Below are positions 25,721 to 39,619 of a stretch of DNA of 64,000 nt, in pieces. This DNA comes from Tubulanus polymorphus. Taxonomy: Eukaryota; Animalia; Nemertea. The translations under genes were made by a program, and so were the position numbers. The stretch lies in assembly GCF_964204645.1 (NCBI RefSeq), contig NC_134028.1, positions 9,548,001 through 9,612,000 on the forward strand, given 5' to 3'. Below the pieces are notes generated by a model. It made no database searches, was not told the origin of the DNA, and was given only the letters and a program-made list of their open reading frames with translations. Numbering within the stretch: the first letter of the stretch is position 1; every line of letters starts with the position of its first letter.

Positions 25721-26369
25721 TATGGTGGCTGATTCGGGCCATGTAAAAAAAAATCACAAATGGTGCAAATTTTTTTTTACAGACACCTAAAAGTCGTTTT
25801 ATCGCGCAATAAAACGAAAATTACGACGTTAAAATGAGAAATTAGCGCGATAAAACAAGAGAAAGTCGTTTAATTGCGCAATAAAACGAGAAAAAGTCGT
25901 TTTATCGCGCGATTAAAACGAAAAATAGCGCGATAAAACGAAAGATTAACGCAATGAAATGATTTTTTATTCGTTTTACATCGTGATAAAACGAAAGAAC
26001 AAATTCCGTTTTCTCCATTTTTCGTTTTAACGTGGCAATAAAACGAAAAAGTTCGTTTTATCGCGCAATAAAACGACTTTTTCTCGTTTTATCGCGCAAT
26101 AAAACGATTTTTTCTCGTTCTAACGTGGTAATTTTCGTTTTATCGCGCTATTTTTCGTTTTTACGTGGCAATAAAACGAAAACGTTCGTTTTATCGCGCA
26201 ATAAAACGACTTTTTCTTGTTTTATCGCGGTAATTTTCGTTTTAACGTGGTAATTTTCGTTTTATTGCGCAATAAAACGACTTTTAAGTGTCTGCAAAAA
26301 AAATTTGTAACGTTTGTGATTTTTTTATTACATGGCCCGAATCAGCCACCGTACGAATCAGCCACCATA
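25721..26369. mobile_element. Foldback MITE with TATGG..CCATA termini and 6-bp TSD CCGAAC (IS3EU-like)
   Basis: TIRs exceed 100 bp (tatggtggctgattcgggccatgtaa... / ...ttacatggcccgaatcagccacc). CCGAAC lies at 25715-25720 and 26370-26375. The interior is arrays of aataaaacga/tcgttttatcgcgc. Confidence 0.85.
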
Positions 26370-27377
26370 CCGAACTCTTAACCGTCGATTGCTAATTTTT
26401 CAATTATTTTTATGTCACTATATCAAATAGGGAAAACAATTACACACTGGATCATTTGATCAGTCCTTGCACCGAATTCGCCTAAACTTGTCAAACTTCC
26501 CAAGTATCTTATCGCAGACGAATGATAGTGCGAAAAATTTGCCAAGACAGTCACCATCTCTACAAAGATTATGTAGTTGTTCTGATGTTTGCTCAGAGTT
26601 CGTTCAAACACCACACACACATTCTAAATCAAGTTGAAATTACTTCCGAAAAAACCCGGAGACAAATTACCTCTTCATTCGGGTGATTGATGTAATTGAT
26701 CTCACTTACCCGGCACGGAAACAAATCGGAAATGTCATGTTTCCGGTGAGTATTTTTGATCAGCATTGCAGTAAATCTTTCCGTATTTTAAGCCGTTAAA
26801 GATCAAATCCTAAAATAGCAGTGTTTAAGCAAAATGTTACAGTGATCATTTTTGAGAAATGTTAGCTGTTATAAGTGATGTGGTGTGGGACTACAATCTC
26901 CACCAGTTATGTCACTGCGTTTCTCTCTAATAGTTGGTGTGTGATTACTTTCACCGATGTTGTTGACCGGCTTGTCTGTTGTCCTCAGCTTTCTGACTTA
27001 TATATTAATTTGTACATTCTTTACGTGCATTCCTATACATCACCTCACCCGCTTCTATCCTTACCCTGGTATGATCCATCCCTGCTACTTCCATTCTACT
27101 CCCTCCTGTACTACACTAACCATCTAAGTCCTTACATTTTAAATATAGTAACTGAATGCTGTTCTTATTTCTCATACTCCCTCCTTGTAATTCAAGCCAT
27201 TTGCATTCGGTGTGCGCACCAGCACACATGTAGTGTGCGCTATCGTGCGCACTGCACACACACACACACACACTGTCTACTCACATACAATATTGAATTG
27301 GATTGAAAATATACTCATATATCTCTATAACTATTTGCTCTATTAGGTGTGGATTACTGAAATATGAATGATTAAAT

Positions 27378-27836
27378 CAGGTCTCGCATTGTTGGACAGA
27401 TTTTAACATTTTTTAAACTAAAACTTTGAGCGCGATTAATTGTCGTCCTCTTTTGGCACAAAATTTAAACGTATGACTCGTTAGAAAGGTGACGATTTCT
27501 ATTATCTGATGGTGTTTATTCCATTTTTCTCGGCTGAAACAATCGAACACAGTTACAGTTTAAAGAAGATACGTCAATTTTTTCACGAAGTTATCAGTTA
27601 TCAGTTATCCAGTTAAAAACGCGCGTGGCCATCGGTTGAGTCAAGCGCAAAGCGGCGAGTGGTTGACCGTCAATTTTCTGCATACACAGATTGCGCTATT
27701 TTCATGGAAATTTTCAAAATCTTAAAGATGTGTTTGGATCAAAATCATAGTTTCCATGTTGAATGGACGACAACTAATCGCGCTAGAGGGTTTTAGTTTA
27801 GAAAATGTTAAAATCTGTCCAACAATGCGGGACCTG
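27378..27836. mobile_element. MITE with ~70-bp TIRs beginning CAGGTC
   Basis: caggtctcgcattgttggacagattttaacattt...gtcgtcc mirrors ggacgac...aaatgttaaaatctgtccaacaatgcgggacctg. No TSD evident. Confidence 0.75.
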
Positions 27837-28197
27837 TGGGATCGCCTCAAAATGGCGCCTGATAACTGGGATAACTGATAACTGATAACTTCGTTAGCCG
27901 ATATTTGCTGGGTGTTGACTCATCATTCAGCATGTTTTTAACTTGATCCCTATTGGATTGAACACTGTGGAAATTTGAGAATCTCTGCGCGATTTTACAC
28001 GAGATGTCCTTATCCGATCCTTATCCGATCCTGCAGTACTTGTCCGTATCTGTTTTCCTAGTAGTATTTTTTTCGTGTGTGAAATCGAGTCTGCGACTGG
28101 AGATCGACGGATGGCCCGTTAAGTTAACGTTTTTTCTTCTTCTGATTCTTCGAGTCTGGTTTGTTCTTAAGCGGGACAGAGTTAGTGATATTGGATT

Positions 28198-28631
28198 TTT
28201 TGCCGATCGAAAAATCATAAAATCAAATTAATATTCGATTCTTTATTTGATTTTATCTTTTTTCGACCGGCTGACGGAATTAAATCATTTTTTATTTAAT
28301 TCTATCTTTCTTTGACCGGAAGCGTTTTAATTCCAACTTTTTCCGTCGAATTGAACCATTTTTTATTTTATCTTTTTTTCGACCGGTGGTGATTTAATTT
28401 CGACTTTTTTCAAGGAATTAAATCAATTTCTATTTAATTCTATGTTTTTGTTCTACCGGTGGTGATAAATTGCCACCGGTCGAATTTTCACATCTCGTCA
28501 GTTCAGATTTAAATTGTTCATGGTAAATCGTGAAAAAAGTCGGAATTAAATCGGTTCCAGTCGAAAGAAATTATAGAATTAGATAAAAAATCGAATTTAC
28601 ATTTGATTTTATGATTTTTCAACCGGCAAAA
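28198..28631. repeat. Degenerate foldback element with internal ~60-bp tandem subrepeats
   Basis: tttgccgatcgaaaaatcataaaatcaaat is inverted at 28601-28631. The units tttcgaccgg and aattaaatc recur inside. Confidence 0.55.
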
Positions 28632-30019
28632 AATGGAGAAAAAAGATTATGTCCGCAGGACGTTTCCGTAGTTGACAGAAAATAACTCATGAAATATCAA
28701 TAATTCCGCATGGTTAATGTATAGAGGGACAATTTCCAATAATTCCTAATTTTTTCCGATGTTTCGTCTCCGATGATCTCCTTGAAATTCGTTGATAAGT
28801 ATGTCGTATTTCTATTGTTCGTCGAGTTTTTCTATCGACTTTCGATAAAAATGTCGAATATCTGATGTTTCCAGTCTCTACTTGTTACTACAGTTTCGAT
28901 TGAAACGTTCGTCGAGTGTGAAAGACGCCGGCTACACACAGCTGATAACAGTGAACAATGCTGTTTCCGAGCGTTACTATGACCGCAATTCGATGAATAC
29001 CGCTTGAAGCGCGTCTAGTCTTTGGAACATCGATGAAAAAGCTTAGTTAAATCTGAGGGGGCTACTTACCGCGTTAGTCGATACTTGTCAATAATCATCT
29101 CTTTGCTATTGATTTAACCTTACGTCATGTTCGCAAAAATTTTCTCTTAAAGGTATATATTGAAGTTGTGTACGTAAAATACATCAGGGGTGTTTAACGT
29201 TTGATAATAAATGTAAATGACATACTGAGAGATATATCTGGTCGAAGTGTACTCATTGTGCCTCGCTCTAAAACCTAACCGAGGGTTTCGTACAACTTGC
29301 AGTTTACATGTCTAGCACTGGTAGGACTGACAGCCTCGAGTTTGCTGCTGCAGCTCAAGCGACGCTCTTTGGTAAGAATTGCTCCACCTCTTAAAATACG
29401 CGACCGTTGATTATATTTCACCCGGTTATATTTGATGTTTTAAAGTCAAATAGACCGGCAAATATATAGAAATTCTGAGCTTTCATTTCTTCAGCCTGGA
29501 TCAAGGCATGGCTAGTTCCCATGTATTCACTAGGCCCTATATGCCATGCGCATGACGTCACATCCGTCAAACTACCAGCTACAGCATAAACTTTCAGAGG
29601 TTTTGAATGGAAGATTGGACACGCCCTGTTACTTACGTAGTATATATAGAAAAAGAAACCAACGTCCATCCAGGTTGACACGAAACTTTCGGGTCATGCA
29701 GATGTATATCACTGGTTCTCCAGTGGCCTCCTTCGTTAAGAAATCTCTCTCCGGACTTTTAGGTATACATTCAATAATTGCCTGAATCAAAAAGAAAAAC
29801 AAATGTCGGGATTCGTTAGGTCCATAAGGGATCAGGGTGCATACAGGCGAATTAACTTTAATCCATATACAAGTACCCGAATCTCTTTGGTCACCCCCAA
29901 GATCAACAGGCTATATAGTGAGACTCTAGGAAACTGCCTTTGAAATCGACGTGAACGAAGTTTTTGCTTCGTCCGCTACAGTGTCACGTGACGTACCCGA
30001 GAAGTTCGCCGTGGATTCA

Positions 30020-31145
30020 TTGAAATTGAAATTGAAATTTATTTTCATTACAATGTTACATTATTGAACGATATAGTATGTATGATTAAACGAAGAAAAA
30101 TGTAACAGGATAATGGGGCTACACGGAGAGACTGAAACAGTCTATCTATAAGCCGTATCACCCGGAGGCATCCACACCAGATTCATCACACTCACACATC
30201 ATGCACACAAGTAATTAACAGGCGAAAAGAAACAAAAAAAATGTTTCACATATTACACATTAACATAGGTTTGTATAGAATGGAAATTTATAAAGTGTTG
30301 AATAATGATTTAATGTAGGTACGCTTAAAGGCAGGTTCGCTTTGAATAGTTCGAATTGATTCAGATAGAGTATTCCATAATAGGGGACCGGATATTTTGA
30401 CAGAAGATTTTCTAGTTACAGTTCTAAAATAAGGCAATCTTATTCTAAATCTATTACGCGTAGGTTTATTATGAATTTGATAATTGAAGTTCCAATAGTT
30501 GTTAAAGGTCCTAGGCAATTTTGAATTGACGAATTTATGTACAAAAATAGCTAGTTGGAGTGTGTTAATATTCTTAATTTCTAGTATATTTAACCGAGCA
30601 AAAATTGGATCAGTGTGTTCTAAATAATGGGATTTGCTGACCAAACGGACAGCACGTTTTTGTAGAATTGTTAATGGATGAAGTTTATAATCAGAAGTTC
30701 TTCCCCAAACAATGTTACAATATTGAAGATATGGGTCTATTAAGGATAAATACAAGGTACGTAAAGAATTGGAAGACAACTTGTGTTTAACACGATGAAG
30801 AACCCCAACACAACGTGACACTTTTTTACATATAGATTTTATGTGATCATCCCATGACAGTTTTTCATCTATTAAAACCCCCAAAAAATTGGTAGTGTGG
30901 ACACGTTTAATTTCACGATCATCGATATAAATCTTTGTATTACCACCAAAAGTTTTACTAAATATAATATAATAAGTTTTACTAATATTAATTGATAACT
31001 TGTCGGCACAAAACCGAACAACAAGTTCAGTATTGATCGTATTTATCAGGCGGTCAACGAGATGATCACTATAGAAAGCATTCGTGTCATCAGCAAATAA
31101 AATTAGCTTTAGGATATCAGATGCACGAATACAGTCGTTTATTAG
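30020..31145 (-). mobile_element. 5'-truncated CR1/L2-group LINE (RT C-terminus, 3' UTR, (TTTCAA)n tail)
   Basis: ORF 30288..31169 contains ILFADDTN, FLGVLIDEKLSW, YCNIVWG, LQKRAVR and GPLLWNTL. AATAAA and a tttcaa x3 tail lie at 30020-30043. Confidence 0.9.
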
Positions 31146-32640
31146 CAGTACAGTCATCCGCACGTTCATTGAAAATAATTTTTAATGAAACTTATAATTG
31201 ATATGTGTTGTAATGGCTCTATAAATCTGATATTTTATCTGATTAGCCTTAGCGAATTCTGCGTGAGTTTGAAAAAATTCGGTTTTAAGATTGAGCTACG
31301 TATGGTAAAAACATTATCATCATTGTTTAGTCTTCGAACCGCTGCCGTTTAAGTTGCCATACGCGAAGAGGATGCCATCTATATGTAACCGAGGATAGAT
31401 TGCATCCAACCGTAAACCAAATCATATATTGATCAAATGGGAAGAAAATTGGGGCAAAATATCAGGTAGCTTGCTTTTTCTCAGACCATGTAGCTAAAAA
31501 TTCCGGCCTACGAAAATCGTCAGGTGTACGTTCACCATCGTTTTAGCTTTTTATTAACCCGTAGTTGACAAAACGGGTTTAATTAGTAAGGCCCATTAAC
31601 ACCTGCCCATTAAAGGTGTGCACGTGACGTCACTTAGTGTAATTAGCCTTGTACGCGTTAAAACTTCATTAATATCAATTTAAACACCATTTTGTATCGA
31701 AATCTTAGAAATTGCTAGATTACCATGACAACGGCAACAGAATGAAACGTAATGATTTCCAACCGTATGTGTACCAATACAATTAGACAGACAGTATAAA
31801 TTCAACTACATTGACACAAAATTACACTATATTAATGTTATCTTCGTTGGTTGCTATGTTGTCATGTCGTCACTACTCATAATGTAACTGAGATTCTTGC
31901 GATGGAAATTGACCCATTTCTCTTTTTGAATAGGATAAAATTTAGAATTTAGTTGTTGAAGTGAAAACCCAGAATAAAATGAAAAAAAAAACTAGCAGAG
32001 AATCCGACATTTTGACTCAATTCTCTGAGCCATATCCAAAATCTAATTCAGGCAGTGGTTGTCTCCATAGAGACACCAGACACTAACATCAGACACTAAG
32101 GTTCTTGGTGTGAATAACAATGCAGAGTCAGAGGGAAGTGACAAGGTTAAGGCTAAGTGATGCCTATATTTATAGCTGCCAAGATGTAGTGACTGAAGTA
32201 AATGCAAATAAGAATCACGAAAGACACAGTGATTAACATCTTTGTGAGGAGTTGATTTTGGGGAGAGAAATGAAAATTGGAATTAACCGCGAAATCAGAG
32301 TTTTTAAAATCCGACTCAAAGATGCGGCGTTTATACAAATCAGAACAAGAGAGATCATTTGGCAAGAGGAGGACACAAATATGGCCAAAATATACCAACT
32401 ATTAGATAGAATGGGGTGTACTCGCAGTGCTACTGTGGCAATCGAGGGTTCCACGTACGGCAGACGAGGATCCGCCAGGTTCGCGAGTTGGTCGTCCGCG
32501 ATCGATTTCTTCTACATTTCAATTGAATCTGAATAAACTTTTCTCTTAATGATTCGATTATTTTTGAAAACTTCACCGATATCTGAGGGGAAATATGGAA
32601 GTATTGTATATTTGGTGGGTGTTATGGAGATGTATGGATT

Positions 32641-32773
32641 CTGGGCCCGGTTCCATAGTCAAGACTTAAGACCGAAAGTGGTCTCAAATCTTAAGTGGTC
32701 CTAGATTGGCTATAGAACAAAATTGGTCATAGAACGGTCTTAAGTCTAAGCCCTGACTATGGAACCGGCCCCA
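32641..32773. mobile_element. Short palindromic MITE (PIF/Harbinger-like, CWG flanks)
   Basis: ctgggcccggttccatagtca..gacttaagaccg mirrors cggtcttaagtc..tgactatggaaccggccccag. Confidence 0.75.
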
Positions 32774-34330
32774 GGAGTCTAAAAATCCAGTTCAAAGTTC
32801 ATTGAAATATAAACTAATTTTGACATCGGACGATCTACTGCTCGTCACGCCATCTGGTGGGATAGCTGGTGTCAAAACGTCAGATTCTCTTCTAGCTTTA
32901 TTTTTCATTTATTTCACATCATCAGACAATTGCTTGTGTATGGAAACCAATTGTTTCTGAATATTCTCATGAATCTCTTTCATTTAGATTCGTGACATTG
33001 TCTACTGCTTATTCGGTCTACGACACAATTGTAAACACCTAAATATACGGGTTGATTTCGATGCACAATACAACCATTTCTGTACGCCAAGATTTCGCAA
33101 ATCGCATTTATCACTGAAAAAGACATTTTGCTTGCCAATAACTTTCTTCGAAAAATCGAATTACGGTTCGGTAATTTGAATGATGGCAGAATGCGATGGT
33201 ATCTCGGCAAGCATGCGCAGTGTGGTACGGCACTTGGACGCGTAGGAATACAGCGTGTGTCGTCGTTTGAAGGCCGCAACTATTCCGCGTACAGCGTTGT
33301 ATCGTCGGGTCGTATATGAACAGCGTTTTGACGGTGTTAGGTTGTTACAGTATATTACACCGGGTGAGTTGTCACTAAAGCTACTGTAACAGGCAACATC
33401 AGTATTGATCGATGCTTCATCTTCCCGGACCGCACGGCAGTTCCAGCATCACCGTCCCCACTACGACTACACAGTTAACGCAGTGAATACGCCTAATGCG
33501 GAGGAGGTTTTGAAATTGAGTAAGATCATCATGTTTCCACAGTTTTTCTACTCGCAGTTCGCAGACCGTTTCGTACCAGCTACAGCGGTGATTGACAACA
33601 TGGCGACTTCATAGTTCCTCGAAGGCCATGGAAGATTTGGATTTCGGTTAGAACTAAAGCGAGTGAGTGATTGGGTTGCATCGGCGACGGATTAACGGTG
33701 GATTGGATCGGATATTAGTTCAGGGGGTTTGGCGTTTTCGGAATCTGCATTTTCATAAAAACTTTGACCCATTTTTTCCGTTTTTCATTTTCTTTATCGC
33801 CATTAATCGTCAATAGAAAGATAGAGGATTTCGTTGAGAAAAGTTGATTTCGGAGCGAGTCGGACGATTTGGTGTTGTCTGGTCCGTTTAGAGGTACGAT
33901 TTTAGAGCATACAACGAATAATACATTTGCCAGGTGCTCAAACAATTCCCAAAACAATGTTCGAATGAGTTCTAGCTCGAAGACTGGTTTCGATAATTAT
34001 TTCTGAATCGACCTGGGAATATATCAGCTAGTTCTTTTGTATCGGATGCTGTTGTCGTGTCTACGATTCTGGTTGTTTCTGGAACTATCCGAGCTCTTTA
34101 AGTGTGAACCATTGTGCCTGGGCGAAAATATATTCATGGGCCATATCGTGAGTGATACGTCGATGCGAATGCTAATCATTCTAATTTGGTAGTAGAGAAA
34201 ACTATCATATAACCTAATAGATATCAGAACTTCCTGAGAAAGTAAATTCCCATGAGGAGTTAATAGAGTGCTGGGGTAACTATATAGTGACTAATCCAAG
34301 ATTGTTGAGATTAGTGGTAAATTTATTCCA

Positions 34331-34556
34331 ATGTTTTATACAATGGGCTGTTGCGGCAAAAAGAAACTTCAGACAATTATGACAAGTTTTTGTGCAAGTG
34401 CTGCATTTGTTCTTCTGTGTATTGGAGTGGCTACTGACCATTGGTTGTACACGGTGGAAATACCTGAACAAGAAGAGATCAAGAATAAGTCTGTGCCGGA
34501 GATCGATAAAACTAAATACACAAATTCTGGATTGTGGAGAAAATGCGTAATAACAG
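34331..34556 (+). CDS. CACNG-like: First coding exon of a voltage-dependent calcium channel gamma subunit/TARP (stargazin)-like, PMP22/claudin-superfamily membrane protein
   Basis: (MFYT)MGCCGKKKLQTIMTSFCASAAFVLLCIGVATDHWLY...TNSGLWRKC shows TM1, the TDxWLY motif and the GLWxxC signature. The phase-1 donor AG|GTTAGT at 34557 matches the intron position of vertebrate CACNG genes. The start could be 34331 or 34343. No further exons recognised. Confidence 0.85.
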
Positions 34557-37500
34557 GTTAGTAATGAAACTATAATAGATTCAGGTTTTTTTTCGAAGAA
34601 GGATCTAATTAAGGACTTCATGAAAAAATAAGGGACACATTCGGATTAATTTCAATCCTGAAAATTGTAGTTGAAAGCTGACGTTCATTTTCGTGCAAGT
34701 CGAAAATTTAAATTCAGCATTCGGCGCATGATTTAGAACTTCGCAAGAAACCGATCAATTAGATATCATCAGCAGAACCATCTCTTCCACGCGAATGGGT
34801 CTTTATTACTAGTTCCGTATCCTATATACGTCTGAGAACTTAAATATTACTCGTGCACGTAGTTTGTGTATCGTATTCCAAGCGATCGCACTCATAATAC
34901 ACACGTATCTACATTGAATATTCATGAAGTAACGACACTTCTCTGCGATATAAATCTCCTCTTGTCTTTACTGCTGTGATCATCTGTAACTTTATCTCCA
35001 TTCATATGTAATACCGTCACCGACGATATGGATGGCGTGGGCGTAGTTTCAGCTAATATACCCATGTATAGCGCGAAACGGTATGTGTAACAAGAATGAA
35101 AATGAGAATGAAACGTCAAACAAAATGTCCGATCTAACATACCTATTTTTTGGCATAGAGGGTTCAGTCTATACCCTATATTCAAATTTAGTATTTTTCG
35201 CTCACGGTTTCTCATTGTTACTATAATTTGCTCCTACGCTAGATAATCAATGACTCGCACGGTATCTACGTATTTCGGACGCAATTGCCTGTAGTCAATT
35301 GACGTACGATTTTTTGCTACATACATTATAATTGGCTTAGTTTTAGTAACTAGTGGAATGGTCAGAGAATGTTCGAACTACTTGTAGTGGAACGAAGCGA
35401 TGTCCAATCGGCGATTTAAAAAATTCAAAGGCACGTGGTGGACATCAGAATGGTATCATAAATGCAACTGGTTTTCCCTATGAAATTCGGGTTAGGAGTT
35501 AAGTCTATAGTTCATTTGGAGTTATTTAAATGTTGGACGCCGAGACGATGTTGTCTTGGAGACCTAGATGAACTGTATCCAGCATCATCATCTATCCCAG
35601 ACGTCATTATACGACTCGATTGATGTCGTGTTCGTATGCAATAAATTATCAGACTCCGTCTACTCTTATACAGCGACACATACCGCGCCTGTAGTAAAAT
35701 TAACAGTTATCCATCCATGCGTCAATTAGTCATTGAACTAAGTGAAATACAGCACGGCTCCGGCCATTTCAACATTAGTAGACATATACGTGTAATACAG
35801 TTAAACACACATCTGTCGCCGAGGTGAAGTTCCCAGGTGGTTAACGGGAACTTGCATTTGGACAATGAATTTTCTCTTCGGCCAGAAAGCTGCAAGTCTT
35901 TACTTACTCAATGCTGTACGTTTATGGAATGAATATTGAATTCCCAATTTTCTTTGCTACCATTGCACTACAATTTCCCTCGACGATGCTGATAAGAATG
36001 TCCATGTGAAAAATTAGTGCTAGGTATAATTCCGGGCTTTCCTCTTTTACTTTTGAGTTTCGTCAGACGTGTAAAAGCACGAATATTCGACATGTAATAC
36101 ATTCAATTCCAGTCATTTTGGGATGTGTAGAAAACTGTCACAGCGCGGAACCTCGTGTTTTATGAAGATTGTAAATTTCTCATTTGGATCAAAATCTTTC
36201 GCTCTCACTTTTTCGAGAATCAGTTCATTTTCGGCCGATGATCACATAGTTCGTTTCATAACGATGGTGTTCCAAGAATTCGTCTACGTGTACAAACGCC
36301 TATCTGTAAAAACGGCTATACCTACAATCATAGGGTGGGTTCGGTGTTATGCGATTGTTAGACACTGATTTATCACCTCCGTTACTGCACACAGCCCACC
36401 GGGAATGTCAATATTTGTTGAATAGTCTATTCCCATGGACAGGACAGTCTGGATTCATATTGTCAATAGCCTCCTCATCCCGATGATGGCACTCGCGTTT
36501 AATATTCACTGCATTTTTATCCGGTAAATATATATTCATTACATCCAGTTGTGGACTCCCGATAGACTGTCAGATTCGATGTGTTTCATTATCGTCCACA
36601 CTCAACCGAAGGTCAATGCAAGTCCTATTTCTAACACGAATGGATATTACGTTTCCTGATCGGTGCCCAGGGTGCCCGCGAATTCCCTGCCAGTAAGTTG
36701 TTACTGATGATTTATCGGCCGGGTTTGCTCATACGATTCACGCTGTTTTCCACCTTTATTCCAAATGTAAATCGTTCCCGCGATCGTTTCGGTGTCAAAA
36801 GCCTCCGGGTATCGATAAATCCATGTACACGGATTGACTGTAATGTCGGGCGGTAGTTCATAGGTCTCGGATTTTATTACCCGATAATGTTGTCTGAGAT
36901 GAATTCTAGAAGCGGTGAAGTAATGTTATATATATATGTTTCGAGATTTCACATGTAAATTATTCATAATATATGAATAATCACTAAAATAAGACACTGT
37001 CCACCCGTCTTTTACTCGACTTCGACTCATGACCTATACAAAGTATAATGTAGTTCCTTAGCTTTTATTCGGTATTTACATCAACGCTTTGTTCAGGTGC
37101 ACGTATTTGGATCTGACACTTTTCGGTGACCAAAGCCCATAGGTGACAAAGAAACACGCGAAACAAGAAACGAAAACGTTATTTCCCTTAATATTTTGTA
37201 AGTGTTTGCGTTGCTCAGAAGCAAGAAACATCTTTTGGCTAAACGTGGTTTCCAGACACAAAGACTATTCGTTTTATAGTCAATGACCTCAGCAATAAAA
37301 TCCCACAAAACCAATCAGCGACCACGAGCGAAACACGTGACTACCTTTCGTATCGCTAGTGCGGGTGATGCAGGTTCGGTACTTTTCTTGTATGGCTGAA
37401 AATAATATCGAAACGCATAAACACAAAATCTGTTTCCTGTTTCGACATTTTTTACTCGTACTCGTATTTTCCAAGCGTGGAACCGCTGATTTCGTTTCGA

Positions 37501-37930
37501 GTGATTTCTCGCCGTTTCCATGCATTCTACCGAAAACCGAATTCCGAGGATTAAACACGAATAACCAGTTCATCATCGCGCCGAACGAGCTGTTACTGCC
37601 AGAACTCAATTAATTAAAACTACCCGTAATGGTTGTTTCAAATTTACAAAATGACGTCTTCACACAAAATTAATTACCGATGGAATATTGAGACGTAATA
37701 AGCACACGGCTCGGTTGAAAAATATTGATTCGCAAGCATGTAAATTGATGACTTAATTCCAGGAAAAGCGTCCAGTAAATATAAGGATACCCTGTATACC
37801 ATTGTACATCGCACAAGTACATGGTGTCTCTAAAGCCAAAAAATAAACGTATACCTACTACACATATTGTTATAAATTGTTGTTAAAGATTAAAAGCAAA
37901 TTAAATTCATCAAAAATTAAAATCATTTAA

Positions 37931-37974
37931 GACATGACGTTTCGAACTGTCAACAGAGATCATCTTCAGGTGGG
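37931..37974 (-). ncRNA. Degenerate minimal hammerhead motif, Penelope-like pseudo-LTR remnant
   Basis: The minus strand reads cac-CTGAAGA-tgatctctgttgacagttc-GAAACGTC-atg, the same layout as 23510, with mismatched stems. Confidence 0.5.
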
Positions 37975-39619
37975 AGGATAATTCTATACAGTTGTTTAAT
38001 CTAAAATAGGGATCGACTCTGTCATTCATTTCATGTAGATTTCGGTTGATTCTGGTTTCGAGTTGGTGTCCCTTACGAACCCCCCACACCTGCTGACAGC
38101 GAAACAGGGGGTATGATCCTTAAATGGGAAATCGAAGTACCGGTACAGCATATAGTCGCGTGATCGGCGGTCGAATTTACAGAGTTTTTGTATCAAAGTA
38201 CTTACTGTAATGGAAATTTCGGTCCCGGTTTATTCAAACAATCTTCTAACCAGTCTGAACCGGCAAGCGACTGATCGGGGTTAATCTTGTTGTTACTAAT
38301 GAGGCCCACGGTAAAAGTGATTCTGAGCAAGGAAAAATATCTATACATGGAAGGTCAACCAATAATCGTCAAACAATTATTGAAATTCTTGCCATTCCGA
38401 ATTACATCTGATTGTCACAGCTGTAATACAAGTTAAACAGAGTTCACAGTTCAAAATTATTCCAGTGCGAATTCTAAGATATAACTAATAAAAAGTTTAT
38501 TATTCTTATTATTTCTAACAATGTATTTTATTCTAAGAGTTTACTTAAGAATTTATCCCAACGAAACGTTCCATTGCGCAGTTCAAACATATTTCAGTCT
38601 TATTGCAAATAAATGAAATTCGAGAAACATTTTGCTATGAAATGTTCTTGAATACTTTGAATATTTGTGGATTTTTACCAAGGGGATTTTTACCCAGAGG
38701 ATCTTTACCTACAACTGTTGATACACCCCGAGTCTGTTCGCCAGCTTGAATGTAAATAGAGCTCATATAACTGATTAGATATGCTTAGTCTGAAAATACG
38801 AAAGAATAAAAGGGTTCGATCTGCTGCACAAACTCATTTGGTGTTGTATTCGGAGTTCATATCGTATAGCAGAGCACGATGAATTCATAAGATTCTCGTT
38901 GCATCCCCGTTCCATATGATATAATACACGTGTATACTGATTGGAAATAACCAGCATATGGTTCATTAACCGAAGCCTGACATTGTAAGTGATTGATACG
39001 ACTCGGGTCGTTAACCAAATCGGTATCTTAGACCTATCCATTTCCCGTCGCATCTTACTCATAATTCCTATATAAGTGCATAACGTATAGTTACATGTCA
39101 TACACATTTTCTTCGTTCTGCAAATTGCTCCATTCGTTAATTCCCTTCCAAAACGACCCGTGCGACGAATTAGGCCAATATATTACAGATCTCGGGATGG
39201 AATAACCCTCGCGTTGTCTGAATTACCCGATGATGTGGCGTCGTTCTCGTGAGTTCGGTGAAAGTTAACCTCATGCGAAGGAATGTTCCGAGTTGATCAA
39301 TACAACATCATGTCGACGTTCATTAGGGCTTTTCGAAAGTGGAATACAGTGCGTATTCGTTGCGTCGATTTTCTGATTAAACCTTCATCCAGTCCTGGAA
39401 GTGGTCGCATCCACAGTGATCTCCGTCGCTCTATACGATCCATGTGTACCCAACCGGTATACGGCCACGGTAAAAAAGACACCGGAAAATAATGTACCCA
39501 ACCACCCAGACACGTCGTTCATCCGGGATGTTCTAGGTGAATTTAAACCATGTTTTAAGTTAAGAATGGAGAAATTAATTCGATGAAAGATTAAACGCTT
39601 TGTATAAAATAGTATGTAA

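Noticed and set aside
25790-26290. Regularly recurring short repeats superficially like a CRISPR array
   Set aside because: There are no unique spacers or cas genes, the context is eukaryotic, and the repeats are the mirrored interior of a MITE.
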